Origin: a virus
Lineage: Duplodnaviria > Caudoviricetes
DNA: 26,437 nt
IMG/VR virus record: IMGVR_UViG_3300038675_000440
Span: 1 to 26,437 of that record
Direction: 5' to 3' (one strand)
The notes under the pieces were generated by a model. The model was not told the DNA's origin, ran no database searches, and saw only the letters and a program-made list of their open reading frames with translations. Shown here piece by piece: positions 16,474 to 25,213 of the stretch. Within the stretch, counting starts at the first letter, position 1; every line of letters starts with the position of its first letter. The translations under genes and the position numbers were made by a program.

Positions 16474-16819
16474 CCGCAGTGGTGTCAGCTGCTTTAACAT
16501 CGCTAGGCGCGGTTTCCACAGCTGCACTTTGGGCAAACTTAATTAAAGCAACTAACTGTGGGTACGTAAAATCAATGGTTTTGTCTTTTTTAATAGCGGG
16601 GATAATTGGCTCTAAAACTTTTTTAATAGCCGGTAGTGCTTCGCTGCTTTGCACTTCGCCGGTTTGTATTTTGTCCCAAACTTGGGCAATTTCAACCAAC
16701 TGCAAAACTTTAGGCGGGTAACAGTCTAATATTTTACCGCCTATTTTAACTTTTTTAACCTGTGGGGCTAGTGCATCTAAATCTAAGTGTACATTACTCA
16801 TAGTTGTATAAAGGGACAC
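16445..16819 (-). CDS. tail assembly chaperone (gpG-like)
   Basis: Between major tail and tape measure genes; ends at slippery GAA AAA AAA ACA. Confidence 0.8.
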   Translation of the reverse strand: MSLYTTMSNVHLDLDALAPQVKKVKIGGKILDCYPPKVLQLVEIAQVWDKIQTGEVQSSEALPAIKKVLEPIIPAIKKDKTIDFTYPQLVALIKFAQSAAVETAPSDVKAADTTAEKKTPIAKQ

Positions 16820-16843
16820 TTGCGTGCCCCCCTAGTTTTCTAA

Positions 16844-17317
16844 TTAACTTGCGTAGCCAATGTTTTCAGCCTCAGCCGCATTTTCATCAACCATGGCGGT
16901 AAAGGTAACTTGGTAAACGCGCTCGTTTTCTACCTGGTAGGCAATTTCAACGGGACTGCTTGGCACTGCGTTGGTAAAGTACCAGTTCTCAGTGTCATCG
17001 TAAGGCTCAAGCGTTAAACTAACTCCTGGGATTTCACGGCCTGCTAAACCACCAAGTTGTAATTTTCCTGCGTCCTGGTTTGCACCAGCAACCGCATCTT
17101 GCAAATTAGCAAGGGTAGTTTCGCCCATAGTTACCTGCACAGTTACCATGTAACCCTTGAGGGCTGCTTTAACTGGCGTGGTGCCGTACTTACCACTTAG
17201 GTGCAAATGTACGTCTGGCTCAACGTTAACAACAACACCATCAGGTGTGGTGTGACCAATACTTTGGCTATTGATTTTTAGGTCGCCTGCACCTATGTGA
17301 AAATTACCAGCATCCAT
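16844..17317 (-). CDS. major tail (tube) protein
   Basis: HIGAGDL, IGHT..GV, ETTLANL, ERVYQVTF motifs; strong AAGGAGG SD. Confidence 0.85.
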   Translation of the reverse strand: MDAGNFHIGAGDLKINSQSIGHTTPDGVVVNVEPDVHLHLSGKYGTTPVKAALKGYMVTVQVTMGETTLANLQDAVAGANQDAGKLQLGGLAGREIPGVSLTLEPYDDTENWYFTNAVPSSPVEIAYQVENERVYQVTFTAMVDENAAEAENIGYAS

Positions 17318-17327
17318 GTTGCCTCCT

Positions 17328-17714
17328 TTAGCTTTGTGTTATTTCCCTGTATATAAAGCGTACAGTAATTTTTAATAATTTTCTACTTTCGCTATCCTCA
17401 CCCATGTCGTCAATTTGCCCCTGGGCATTACTCAAGTAAACGTGGTAGTCGCCCATGGTGTAATTTGCTTGCGGGTGTAGCAAATCTTGTATTGTGTTTA
17501 GCATATCATAAGCGTCGCTAGGCTGTCTATAGCGCGCCCAAAAGTCAACATATTGGTCAAAGACTGGTATAGCGGGGTTTGGGGCTGGGCTCGGGCTACC
17601 AATTACGGCCAAACAATCGGCCTCAGTTGCCGGCAAGTCACCAATAAATAAATCAACGCCGGTTGTGCCAATGTCGTTTTCGTCAAGTAGTGTTTGTATT
17701 GCTTCTAAAATCAT
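17328..17714 (-). CDS. tail terminator/completion protein
   Basis: GTTGVDLFIGDLP N-terminus and position before the major tail gene. Confidence 0.75.
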   Translation of the reverse strand: MILEAIQTLLDENDIGTTGVDLFIGDLPATEADCLAVIGSPSPAPNPAIPVFDQYVDFWARYRQPSDAYDMLNTIQDLLHPQANYTMGDYHVYLSNAQGQIDDMGEDSESRKLLKITVRFIYREITQS

Positions 17715-18067
17715 TGTGGGTTAGCCATGTATTTTTTTAAATAGGTGCCTTGTTTGCTTTTAACGCTGTCTGCTGGGTCACTAAGGTAGTGTGATTTTTT
17801 GCCTGGGTATGTGTACCTGCGCACCCTGCGTTTGTCATCGCCGCCCGCATGCTGGAACCTAGCATATTTTTTATTATAGACTATCCGGTACTTTAACTTT
17901 CCTTGCTTTTCCAAAATACCACTACTTTGCAGCTGGCCTTTATCAACTGGCACTTGCTGTTTACTCATACGCAAAATATCAACTGCCATGCCACTCAAAA
18001 CCATATCGGCTGCATTCTCAGCTTTAGCAAAAAACTTTTTAATATTGTTTTTAACTGTCACTGCCAT
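17711..18067 (-). CDS. HK97 gp10-like neck/tail completion protein
   Basis: VPVDKGQLQSS, YARFQH, HYLSDP motifs. Confidence 0.8.
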   Translation of the reverse strand: MAVTVKNNIKKFFAKAENAADMVLSGMAVDILRMSKQQVPVDKGQLQSSGILEKQGKLKYRIVYNKKYARFQHAGGDDKRRVRRYTYPGKKSHYLSDPADSVKSKQGTYLKKYMANPQ

Positions 18068-18389
18068 CGGTAATGTCCACGTATTTTTCTAATAAGCATT
18101 TCCTAAATTGTACGGTGTTGCCACTCATTTTACGTGCAAGCACTATTTCACTAACTACATAAACACGGTCATTAACTTTAACCACTGTTTGCTCGCTTAC
18201 GTCAGCATCACCAGCCACCCACAGCATAGCAATGGCGTTTATGTCATCGCGGTTACCTAAGCGGTCAAATTGGGTAATTTCCCTAAACCTACAGGGTATT
18301 GTGGTTGTACTAGCTAGTGTTTTTGCCCCGTATTTATCAAGGGTTACCCCTAAAATATCGCAGCTTTGTTTTAAAATATGGGTCAGCAT
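18051..18389 (-). CDS. head closure (stopper) protein
   Basis: DKYG, IPCRF motifs; TAATG overlap with the adaptor gene gives start 18389. Confidence 0.7.
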   Translation of the reverse strand: MLTHILKQSCDILGVTLDKYGAKTLASTTTIPCRFREITQFDRLGNRDDINAIAMLWVAGDADVSEQTVVKVNDRVYVVSEIVLARKMSGNTVQFRKCLLEKYVDITDGSDS

Positions 18390-18988
18390 TATACGTAAAC
18401 CTTGCGCCACTTATCCAAACTACTAAACAATAATTGCTGTTTGCTAGTAATATCGGCGCTGGTTAAAAGTTCGTAGCTATACCCCTCAATGCTTTCCTTT
18501 TTAAAACTGCCGTGGTCTTTGCTGCCCTCAAACGCTAGGCCTGCAAGGGTAGCGGCCACTAATTGCACCTCTGCTGGTAGTACGCCGGTATAAAAAATTG
18601 CGGTAACTTTTACATTGCCGTGGCCATGGGTAAAAACCCCAGCACGCCAATAAATACTATTTTTCCAACTTTTGTTAAGCGGGTAGGCCGTGTAGTAGTC
18701 GCTATCAAGGGTTTCAACCACAGTGCCGGTGCCGTCAACAATTTGTACGCTGGTTATGGTAGTAAAGTCATCAATAAATATTTCGCGGTGGCCATTGCCG
18801 TCATATAGCTTGCTAGTTGCTACAGCGTCCCCGCCGTCATCCCCAATGTCAAACCACAACCGGTCAGTATGCTCGTTAATTGCAGCGCTAACGCTTTCAA
18901 TTACTATGTCCAATATTTCGGCCTCATCAGCTGTTAAACTGCGTTGCAATACTTTTTCAATTTGGTCTTGGTCGGTATACATTGACAT
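18389..18988 (-). CDS. head-tail adaptor/connector protein
   Basis: First gene after capsid; LYDGNG, GNVKVTA, LPAEVQL, KESIEGYSYE motifs. Confidence 0.8.
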   Translation of the reverse strand: MSMYTDQDQIEKVLQRSLTADEAEILDIVIESVSAAINEHTDRLWFDIGDDGGDAVATSKLYDGNGHREIFIDDFTTITSVQIVDGTGTVVETLDSDYYTAYPLNKSWKNSIYWRAGVFTHGHGNVKVTAIFYTGVLPAEVQLVAATLAGLAFEGSKDHGSFKKESIEGYSYELLTSADITSKQQLLFSSLDKWRKVYV

Positions 18989-19009
18989 TTAAAGCTCCTT
19001 ACTAACAAT

Positions 19010-19018
19010 AGCATATCA
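19010..19018 (-). promoter_or_regulatory. possible extended -10 promoter TGATATGCT restarting transcription after the capsid terminator
   Basis: Resembles TGATATAGT at 6441 and 25771; upstream of AAGGAG SD. Confidence 0.45.
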
Positions 19019-19028
19019 TTTTTTATAC

Positions 19029-19060
19029 AAAAAAGCCCCCTGCCGTTAAGCAAGGGGCTT
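19029..19060 (-). terminator. intrinsic terminator after the capsid gene
   Basis: Minus strand AAGCCCCTTGC-TTAACG-GCAGGGGGCTT-TTTT. Confidence 0.9.
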
Positions 19061-19078
19061 CCAGTTTCAACTTACGGT

Positions 19079-21046
19079 TTATGAGCCGTTGGTTGTTACC
19101 AGCACACTGTAGGCGTTAGCGTGTTTGTGAACGGCGTTCATCCGTACACGGGCACGTACTGCCTGAATGTCCTGGGTAATTAGGTTAAGGTCGTCCCCGT
19201 CATCTGGGTCACCTACCACGCCAGCATCAAAAAACTTGAGCTGCATTGGTACCCTAATACCAAGGTCAGTGTTTTGCAGGTCACCAAACACTACAAACCC
19301 TGCGCCGGCCTCGTCTTCGCTGGTGTCTGGCAAGATTTCGGTTAAGCTGTAAGGCTTACCCCAAATTGTTGCCTCGGCACCACCGTCAACACCTGGTCGC
19401 CAAATGTAGCGGCCATCAAGGTCTTTCAAGCGTTGGATAACGCCCAAAATGCTTGGGTTGAGGTAGAACCTACCACGCTCACGGCTTGGCGTTGGCACAG
19501 CGTACATCATTTCGTTGAGGTCATCAGCGGTAATGTCTAGGAAGCTGTCGCCGCCAACTTCAATTTCCGCGGTACCACTGGTATTTAAAATACCTGTAGT
19601 AGCATCGGTAAAGACAAGTTGGTCTTCTTTTTTAGCGGCTGCGCGTGCAAACCTACCAGTCAGGTCGTTCCACAGGTCAATTGCGCTGTCTTCTAACAGT
19701 TCGTCAGTGACGGGCACAATTGCTGCAAACTTACGGAAGGTAAGTTCGTATGGCAGGTAACTAACGGCTTGGCTTGGTTTAACGATGCCTTCGGCAGTTT
19801 CCACAAACTCAACATCGCTAGTGCCACCTTTAATACCACGCATGGTTGGGCGGGTTGTTCTGCGCACACGTGCGTACCTTGCGGCCACACCGTACTCTTC
19901 TTCCAACCGGCTAACCTCAGCAATAAACTCCTCGGGCGGCAATATTTGGCTGTCGTCGCTGGTGTTCATGGCCGATTTTTCCATGTACTCGCTAAAGTCA
20001 CCGTTAACCAGGCCTTTGTAGTAAAGTTTTAGCTTTTCCTCTTTACTAAGGTCGCCGTTTGTGCTTTTACCAGCGCCAGTGTTAATGTCCTTGCGGGCAA
20101 CAACCTTAGTCATGCTTTTGGCAATAGCGTTAACGCTCTTGGTCAAACTTTTTACAGTTTTCTCAAGTTCGGCGGTGCTGTCGTCTGCATCATCTGCATC
20201 GTCAGCATCTTCCTCGTCAGCGTCTTTGGCTTCCAAGTGGCCGGCTTCAACACAAAGGGCAACTTGCCCCTCGGTCAACTCCGCTTGTTTTTCTACTAAA
20301 AAGGCTTTCTCTTCATCGGTTAAAGCCTCACCGCTGGCGATTTTAGCCAGAATTTCTTTGAGCTTGAGCATTTTAGCTCCTTTCTTAGGCTGTTCGCCTG
20401 TACTACTATTATCTGCTGGTAATAAGCCCTTTGCCTTAGCAAAACTTAATAACAGCGCTTCATCGTTTGCACCAATTAACACTGGTGAAAACTCAATCAT
20501 TTCAGCTTTTGTGTATTCGTTACCGTCTACGTCCTTGGGGATAAACCCAATACTAAACGCAAACTGGTACATTTTCCGGTACGCTTGGTCTAATATTTTG
20601 GGCAGCTGGTAGCCCTCAATATCAGTTGCAAACTCAAAGTCTGCAATTAGCTTACCGTCTTTTGTTTTGGTTAGTTTGTGCGTGCGGCCAACACTTACCG
20701 CGTCATATTGGTGAAACGGTGCCATGATTGGGTTTGTCATGTACTTTTTCAAGTCCATACCCTGCATGTTAATTTTTTCGCCGTGCCTATCTTCCGTTTC
20801 GCTGCTAATGACTGCGCGTAGTAAACCGTTGCTAAGTTCCTTAACTTTTTCAACGCTAAACTCCATGCGCACAACTTTACCAATGTTTTCTTTTAATGTG
20901 CCCTTTACGTCTTTTTTGGCAAACGCCGCAACGTGTACTTCGTTGCCGTCTTTGTCGTAGCCCTTTTCTTTCAAAAATGCTATTTCAGCGTCAGTTAAAC
21001 TTTCGCCTTTTTCGATTTTTGCCAAAATGTTTTTTAATTTAAGCAT
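19079..21046 (-). CDS. HK97-type prohead protease fused in frame to major capsid protein
   Basis: EDRHGEKI, FSIGF, EFSPVLIGAN protease motifs; K.AAIVPVTDELLEDS, LKDLDGRYIW, VVFGDL capsid motifs; start 21046 follows AAGGA SD; internal capsid start at 20371. Confidence 0.92.
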   Translation of the reverse strand: MLKLKNILAKIEKGESLTDAEIAFLKEKGYDKDGNEVHVAAFAKKDVKGTLKENIGKVVRMEFSVEKVKELSNGLLRAVISSETEDRHGEKINMQGMDLKKYMTNPIMAPFHQYDAVSVGRTHKLTKTKDGKLIADFEFATDIEGYQLPKILDQAYRKMYQFAFSIGFIPKDVDGNEYTKAEMIEFSPVLIGANDEALLLSFAKAKGLLPADNSSTGEQPKKGAKMLKLKEILAKIASGEALTDEEKAFLVEKQAELTEGQVALCVEAGHLEAKDADEEDADDADDADDSTAELEKTVKSLTKSVNAIAKSMTKVVARKDINTGAGKSTNGDLSKEEKLKLYYKGLVNGDFSEYMEKSAMNTSDDSQILPPEEFIAEVSRLEEEYGVAARYARVRRTTRPTMRGIKGGTSDVEFVETAEGIVKPSQAVSYLPYELTFRKFAAIVPVTDELLEDSAIDLWNDLTGRFARAAAKKEDQLVFTDATTGILNTSGTAEIEVGGDSFLDITADDLNEMMYAVPTPSRERGRFYLNPSILGVIQRLKDLDGRYIWRPGVDGGAEATIWGKPYSLTEILPDTSEDEAGAGFVVFGDLQNTDLGIRVPMQLKFFDAGVVGDPDDGDDLNLITQDIQAVRARVRMNAVHKHANAYSVLVTTNGS

Positions 21047-21059
21047 GTGTTCCTTATAC

Positions 21060-21114
21060 AAAAAACCCGCCCTACAGGTGTGGCCTCTTTGGGCTCTACT
21101 TGAGGTAGCGGGCT
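21060..21114 (-). terminator. large-loop terminator/attenuator in the capsid leader containing AGAG(G/C)CC motifs
   Basis: Minus strand AGCCCGCTAC...GTAGGGCGGGTT followed by a T6 run immediately before the SD. Confidence 0.7.
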
Positions 21115-21145
21115 CTAATGGCCTCTATTTATTCAATTAGTGTTA

Positions 21146-21175
21146 ATAATAGCCTGTTTTTAGTTACATTGTCAA
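21146..21175 (-). promoter_or_regulatory. sigma70-type promoter TTGACA-N18-TATTAT for the capsid leader
   Basis: Consensus -35 at 21170-21175, -10 at 21146-21151. Confidence 0.7.
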
Positions 21176-21324
21176 GTCGGGCTAAAAAACTCCATTATGC
21201 GCAATAACCGCTGTGTGACAATTTTAAACTTTTGTATGTTGCCACACTTACATTTAATTTCACCTTGCCCATAGCTAAGGCGCATTAACTTTGCGTTGCA
21301 TTTTTTACATTTAACCCATTGCAT
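21172..21324 (-). CDS. Mu Com-like zinc-finger protein (50 aa), not in ORF track
   Basis: Hand translation MQWVKCKKCNAKLMRLSYGQGEIKCKCGNIQKFKIVTQRLLRIMEFFSPT; CxxC-N.KL...EIKC.C matches the Com-family pattern; start overlaps the portal end. Confidence 0.8.
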   Translation of the reverse strand: MQWVKCKKCNAKLMRLSYGQGEIKCKCGNIQKFKIVTQRLLRIMEFFSPT

Positions 21325-23314
21325 TGTATGCCCTAAATTGTTGGATATTAACTGGTATGGTCGTACAGCGGCAGTTTGGGTGTAGTGGTGGGTGGTCTAC
21401 GGTTTCGTAGTTAGCTACATACTGGCCGCCGTCATCACCGTCTACGGTTTGCCCCTGGTATACAAATGGGGTATCAAGGCCAACAATCTTACCGTTTAAA
21501 CTTTGGCAAAACTCACACGCCCCTGGGTTGGTAAACCACTCGTGGCCGGTAACTGTTGGTATTTGCCGCATAGCCTCAACGCCAGCCTCGTTGCTAGCAA
21601 AAATTGTTTCAGTACGGGCAATACGCTCGCTGCGCATGGTGGTGGCTGTGTCGTAAATATCAGTAATGCGCTTGCGTAGCTTGGCCACACTTTCGCCGGC
21701 GCTAATGCCCTCGGCTATAGTAGCTTCAATAAAACTTTGTGTTTCCTTGTCAACCTCAGAGCTAAACCGGTCAATGCGGTCATTTATACGCCGCTGTAAG
21801 TCTGGTGTAATTTCCAACTCGCCCTGCACGTCCTCAAAATCAAACGTCTGTTTGGCCTGGTCAACCATTAACTCAACGGTAAGCGGGTACAAAACACGCT
21901 GCCAAACAAGGCTGCTTTCCACGCGGTCAAACAACCACTCGCTTAGCCCCTTTTTTGTTTGCTGTAAAATCTCTGCCTGCTGTTGTTTGAAAACTTTATT
22001 AACCGCTTTTTGGTATGGTTTTTCCCAAGCCTCTTGGCCACTAAATAGGTTTTTCCAAAATATTTCGGCGCGCTTTTGCCTAGTTACTTTTTTTTTTACA
22101 CCTTTGCCGGTGTCATCTTTGGGTGCTTGTTCTTTTTCCATGGGTAGCAAATTAAGTGGCTGGTAAATTACGTCACCGCCTGGCACAGGGTCAAGACCAC
22201 GCTCCTTGCGTATGTCGTTTGTGGTAAGCCATTTGTTATGGCCTTTTTCCCACTCGTCCAATTTATCCTCAATAGTTTCGGGGTTTGGGTCAATGTAATA
22301 CAGCCTAAACTTATTGCCATAGTTTGGCACAACTTCGCTGTAATTAACCTGGTCAATTAAACGCTCAACACCTGGCTTAATGTTATTTTCCATCCAAACC
22401 GCACGGGCTTCTTTTGCGTTGGCGCGGTTAACATCGTCAGTAATACCCATAATGGTTTTACTAACCCTGAACATAAACATAATGTCGTCACGCGTAATGT
22501 CTTTAATGTTTTTAAGCTCAACCCCGTCAAGGTCAATGCCAAGTTTTTGGAAGTCAATGCCATCAAAACCTTTAATGAGTAACGTTTTGCCAGCGTTTTT
22601 GGTACCGCTGTACTCTTGCCTAAACCGCTTTTTAAGTTGGTCAAATTGGCTATCGTCCATGTTGCCGCGCAGGTTAATAATGCCGCTTGGCCGGCCACTG
22701 TTATAAATGCTGTTTTTAGTCCAGTCACTACTAAACTCCTCGGTTTGTAAATACACCATGGCCGCCTCAACAATACCTAAGCCACGGTAGGGGTTCATTG
22801 GGTTTGGCAATTTGTGGTGGATAATTTCGTCCGGCTCAAAGGTTGTTTTGCTGCCATCGTCTTTGGTCATTTTGTAGGCTTTAATGCTACCCACCTTGTC
22901 TTTAGCAACTTCAACCTCCATTAAGTCCGGCCTAATTAAATAAAACTCTTTTACTTTTTTACCGCTTTTAACTTTGTACCAAAAACTTTCACCGGCCAAG
23001 TTCATATAAACGGCGTGCAACTCCCTAAACTGAAAACCGCTATGTATGCTGTTTGGGTGGTCTAAAACATCAATTAGCTCGTGGCTTTCCTGGTCTTGCC
23101 ACTGCTTACCCACTTTACGCTGCATTACCAAGTCAACTTTGGCAAAGTCTTGGGCATAGGCGCTAACAATACTATGCACGTACCGGTTAAAACGTTGTAG
23201 TTGTTGGCGCTTGCCCCAGCTGCCAGGTATTGCCCAACTTATTACCGACATGCCGCCGCCAAAAAAGCTCTTGGTTTTAGTAAATGCGTTTGTTAGGGAT
23301 TTAAAAATGTTCAT
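21311..23314 (-). CDS. HK97-type portal protein fused to a MuF/SPP1 gp7-like head morphogenesis domain
   Basis: IRPD, EIIHHKLPNPMNPYRGLG, NSGRPSGII, NAGK, LTTNDIR..RGLDPVPGGD (portal); RSERIARTET, C.FC..LNG, PPLHPNCRC (MuF). Confidence 0.92.
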   Translation of the reverse strand: MNIFKSLTNAFTKTKSFFGGGMSVISWAIPGSWGKRQQLQRFNRYVHSIVSAYAQDFAKVDLVMQRKVGKQWQDQESHELIDVLDHPNSIHSGFQFRELHAVYMNLAGESFWYKVKSGKKVKEFYLIRPDLMEVEVAKDKVGSIKAYKMTKDDGSKTTFEPDEIIHHKLPNPMNPYRGLGIVEAAMVYLQTEEFSSDWTKNSIYNSGRPSGIINLRGNMDDSQFDQLKKRFRQEYSGTKNAGKTLLIKGFDGIDFQKLGIDLDGVELKNIKDITRDDIMFMFRVSKTIMGITDDVNRANAKEARAVWMENNIKPGVERLIDQVNYSEVVPNYGNKFRLYYIDPNPETIEDKLDEWEKGHNKWLTTNDIRKERGLDPVPGGDVIYQPLNLLPMEKEQAPKDDTGKGVKKKVTRQKRAEIFWKNLFSGQEAWEKPYQKAVNKVFKQQQAEILQQTKKGLSEWLFDRVESSLVWQRVLYPLTVELMVDQAKQTFDFEDVQGELEITPDLQRRINDRIDRFSSEVDKETQSFIEATIAEGISAGESVAKLRKRITDIYDTATTMRSERIARTETIFASNEAGVEAMRQIPTVTGHEWFTNPGACEFCQSLNGKIVGLDTPFVYQGQTVDGDDGGQYVANYETVDHPPLHPNCRCTTIPVNIQQFRAYNAMG

Positions 23315-24831
23315 ATAAAAGCGTAGTCCTCGTCAGTCACTAATTTGCCTCTAATAAGTTCAAAGTACTCCCGCATCATTAGTGTATCAGAAAAGTCGGG
23401 CGAACGCCCGCCGAGTATGTTTTTTTGCTCCTCTTTACTGTTAATTTGTTTGCGCTCTACATCAGTGCTTGTTTTCTTACGCACACAGCGCAGGTCTTCT
23501 TTTATTAGCTTTACAATATCATAATTTTGCCCGCTTATGGTAACCTCACTGGCTTCGTTGCCGTCCACAATAAAGGTTTCATTAACTGCAACTTCCGCAC
23601 GGTTAACCCGCTCAGCAAACCGGTAGTAGCACTGCGTTTTTAAGTTTTTGTAGTTTTCTTTTATTTGTGTGTTGGGGTCTTCAATAACCCGCGCCCCACC
23701 ACTAAAACCAATGTAGCCGCCCTCATCAACAACGCCACCGCCAACGCCGTCTTGGTCAACCAATATTTGGCTCTTTGGCACTTTGTTGCGTGTGCGCTCG
23801 GCCTCAATTGCTTTAACTAATGTGCTGGTGCTGCTTTTGGTAAAAATAATTGTTTTAATAACACGCCAGCCAACCCAGGTTTTAATTACAGCTAAGTTGC
23901 TACCAAACCGTGCCGCGTCAACGGTAATGTAGCGGTCAGTGCTGTTTTCAACTGCGTTTGTAAATAAGTCATTAACCCGCAAAAAGTTAAACAGCGCCAT
24001 GCCGTCTTGCCTAATTTTCCAATTACCCTTTAAAAGCCTAAGTTGCTCCTCCTCTGGTAAGGCCAAAAGGTTGGCCAGGTAACCAGGGTCGTTTGCTAAC
24101 AGTTCTTTGTTTTCGTAAACGTCACCAGGTATAAAAGTAACACTTTTAACTAAATCCTCTGGTGCTTGTCCGTGTAGTGTGTCGTCATTGAAAACATGTG
24201 GGCAGCGGTCAATTACTTCCTGTACGCTATCGCCCCAAACAAAAACACCCTTGTCGGTAGTAAAGTAACGTATCTTGCCGGCACGCTCTGGTATTGGGTA
24301 GCCTGTGTCCTGGTTAATCCACCAACTTATAAAATCAGCCACCCAACTATCTGGGTCAGGGTTACACGTGGCACGTATGCACGGCTTAACACCAGCAACG
24401 GGGCTACGGTTCCGGCCTACTAAATATAAAAACTGCGTCTTGGTAAACTGCGTTAACTCGTCAAACCCTATGTATGGGTACTGGCCGCCCTGGTGGTCGT
24501 ACTTGTTTTTTTCGTACTCCATGTGGCTAAACCTAACACGGCTGCCCTCGTCAAAATCCCACTGCAATAAAAACTCGCGGGCATTGCCGCCTAACGGCTG
24601 GTATAGCTGTATGCTGGTATCCCACAAACTACCCTCGTTACGTATTTGTGGTGTAGTACGCCTAAAAATAACAGCGCCAAAACCTTTAATGTGAAAATAC
24701 CTAGCGGGGTCAAGTAGTAGTGCGTAGCTTTTACCGCCACCAGCTGCACCACCCCCAACAACAATGTCTGCTGGTGAGGATAAAAAAGCCTGCTGGAAGC
24801 CAGCTTGTGGCTTAATTATGCGGTCAGCCAT
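23311..24831 (-). CDS. terL: terminase large subunit
   Basis: KPQAGFQ, GGAAGGGKS Walker A, IGFDELTQF Walker B, ATCNP, VDAARFG and RSPDFSD nuclease motifs. Confidence 0.95.
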   Translation of the reverse strand: MADRIIKPQAGFQQAFLSSPADIVVGGGAAGGGKSYALLLDPARYFHIKGFGAVIFRRTTPQIRNEGSLWDTSIQLYQPLGGNAREFLLQWDFDEGSRVRFSHMEYEKNKYDHQGGQYPYIGFDELTQFTKTQFLYLVGRNRSPVAGVKPCIRATCNPDPDSWVADFISWWINQDTGYPIPERAGKIRYFTTDKGVFVWGDSVQEVIDRCPHVFNDDTLHGQAPEDLVKSVTFIPGDVYENKELLANDPGYLANLLALPEEEQLRLLKGNWKIRQDGMALFNFLRVNDLFTNAVENSTDRYITVDAARFGSNLAVIKTWVGWRVIKTIIFTKSSTSTLVKAIEAERTRNKVPKSQILVDQDGVGGGVVDEGGYIGFSGGARVIEDPNTQIKENYKNLKTQCYYRFAERVNRAEVAVNETFIVDGNEASEVTISGQNYDIVKLIKEDLRCVRKKTSTDVERKQINSKEEQKNILGGRSPDFSDTLMMREYFELIRGKLVTDEDYAFI

Positions 24832-25213
24832 TTGCGTTTTTCTCGCCTATTTCCAAATGTTTTTGGCAAAGCCATACGTTAGCCCTACGCTCGCCGCTTT
24901 CAAAATCGTACTCAACCCACACACCTTGCGCAACGGCTTCGTTTCTACAAATTGGTAATTCACATTGTTTGCCAGTAGCTTTGTTAACCACCTCGTTGCT
25001 TTCAACCATGGTGTTTTGCGCCATAAAATCCTGCATAGCTTTATTGCCCTGTATTTTTTCTTTAGCCACTGCAAACTCCTTTTCTGTCATTGGTTCTGGA
25101 AATTGGATAATAGCCAACACCTCGTTGGTCTTACCGTTAATTACTTCAACTGGCAAATCGCCTAATATTTGTGAGAGGTTTTTACGTAAATCGCGTACTG
25201 TAACTTTTTGCAT
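24824..25213 (-). CDS. Phd/YefM-like DNA-binding domain protein with C-terminal Zn-binding motif (129 aa)
   Basis: MQKVTVRDLRKNLSQIL...PVEVI resembles the Phd/YefM N-terminus; C-terminal CELPIC...WLCQKH; start set at 25213 from promoter geometry. Confidence 0.7.
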   Translation of the reverse strand: MQKVTVRDLRKNLSQILGDLPVEVINGKTNEVLAIIQFPEPMTEKEFAVAKEKIQGNKAMQDFMAQNTMVESNEVVNKATGKQCELPICRNEAVAQGVWVEYDFESGERRANVWLCQKHLEIGEKNANG

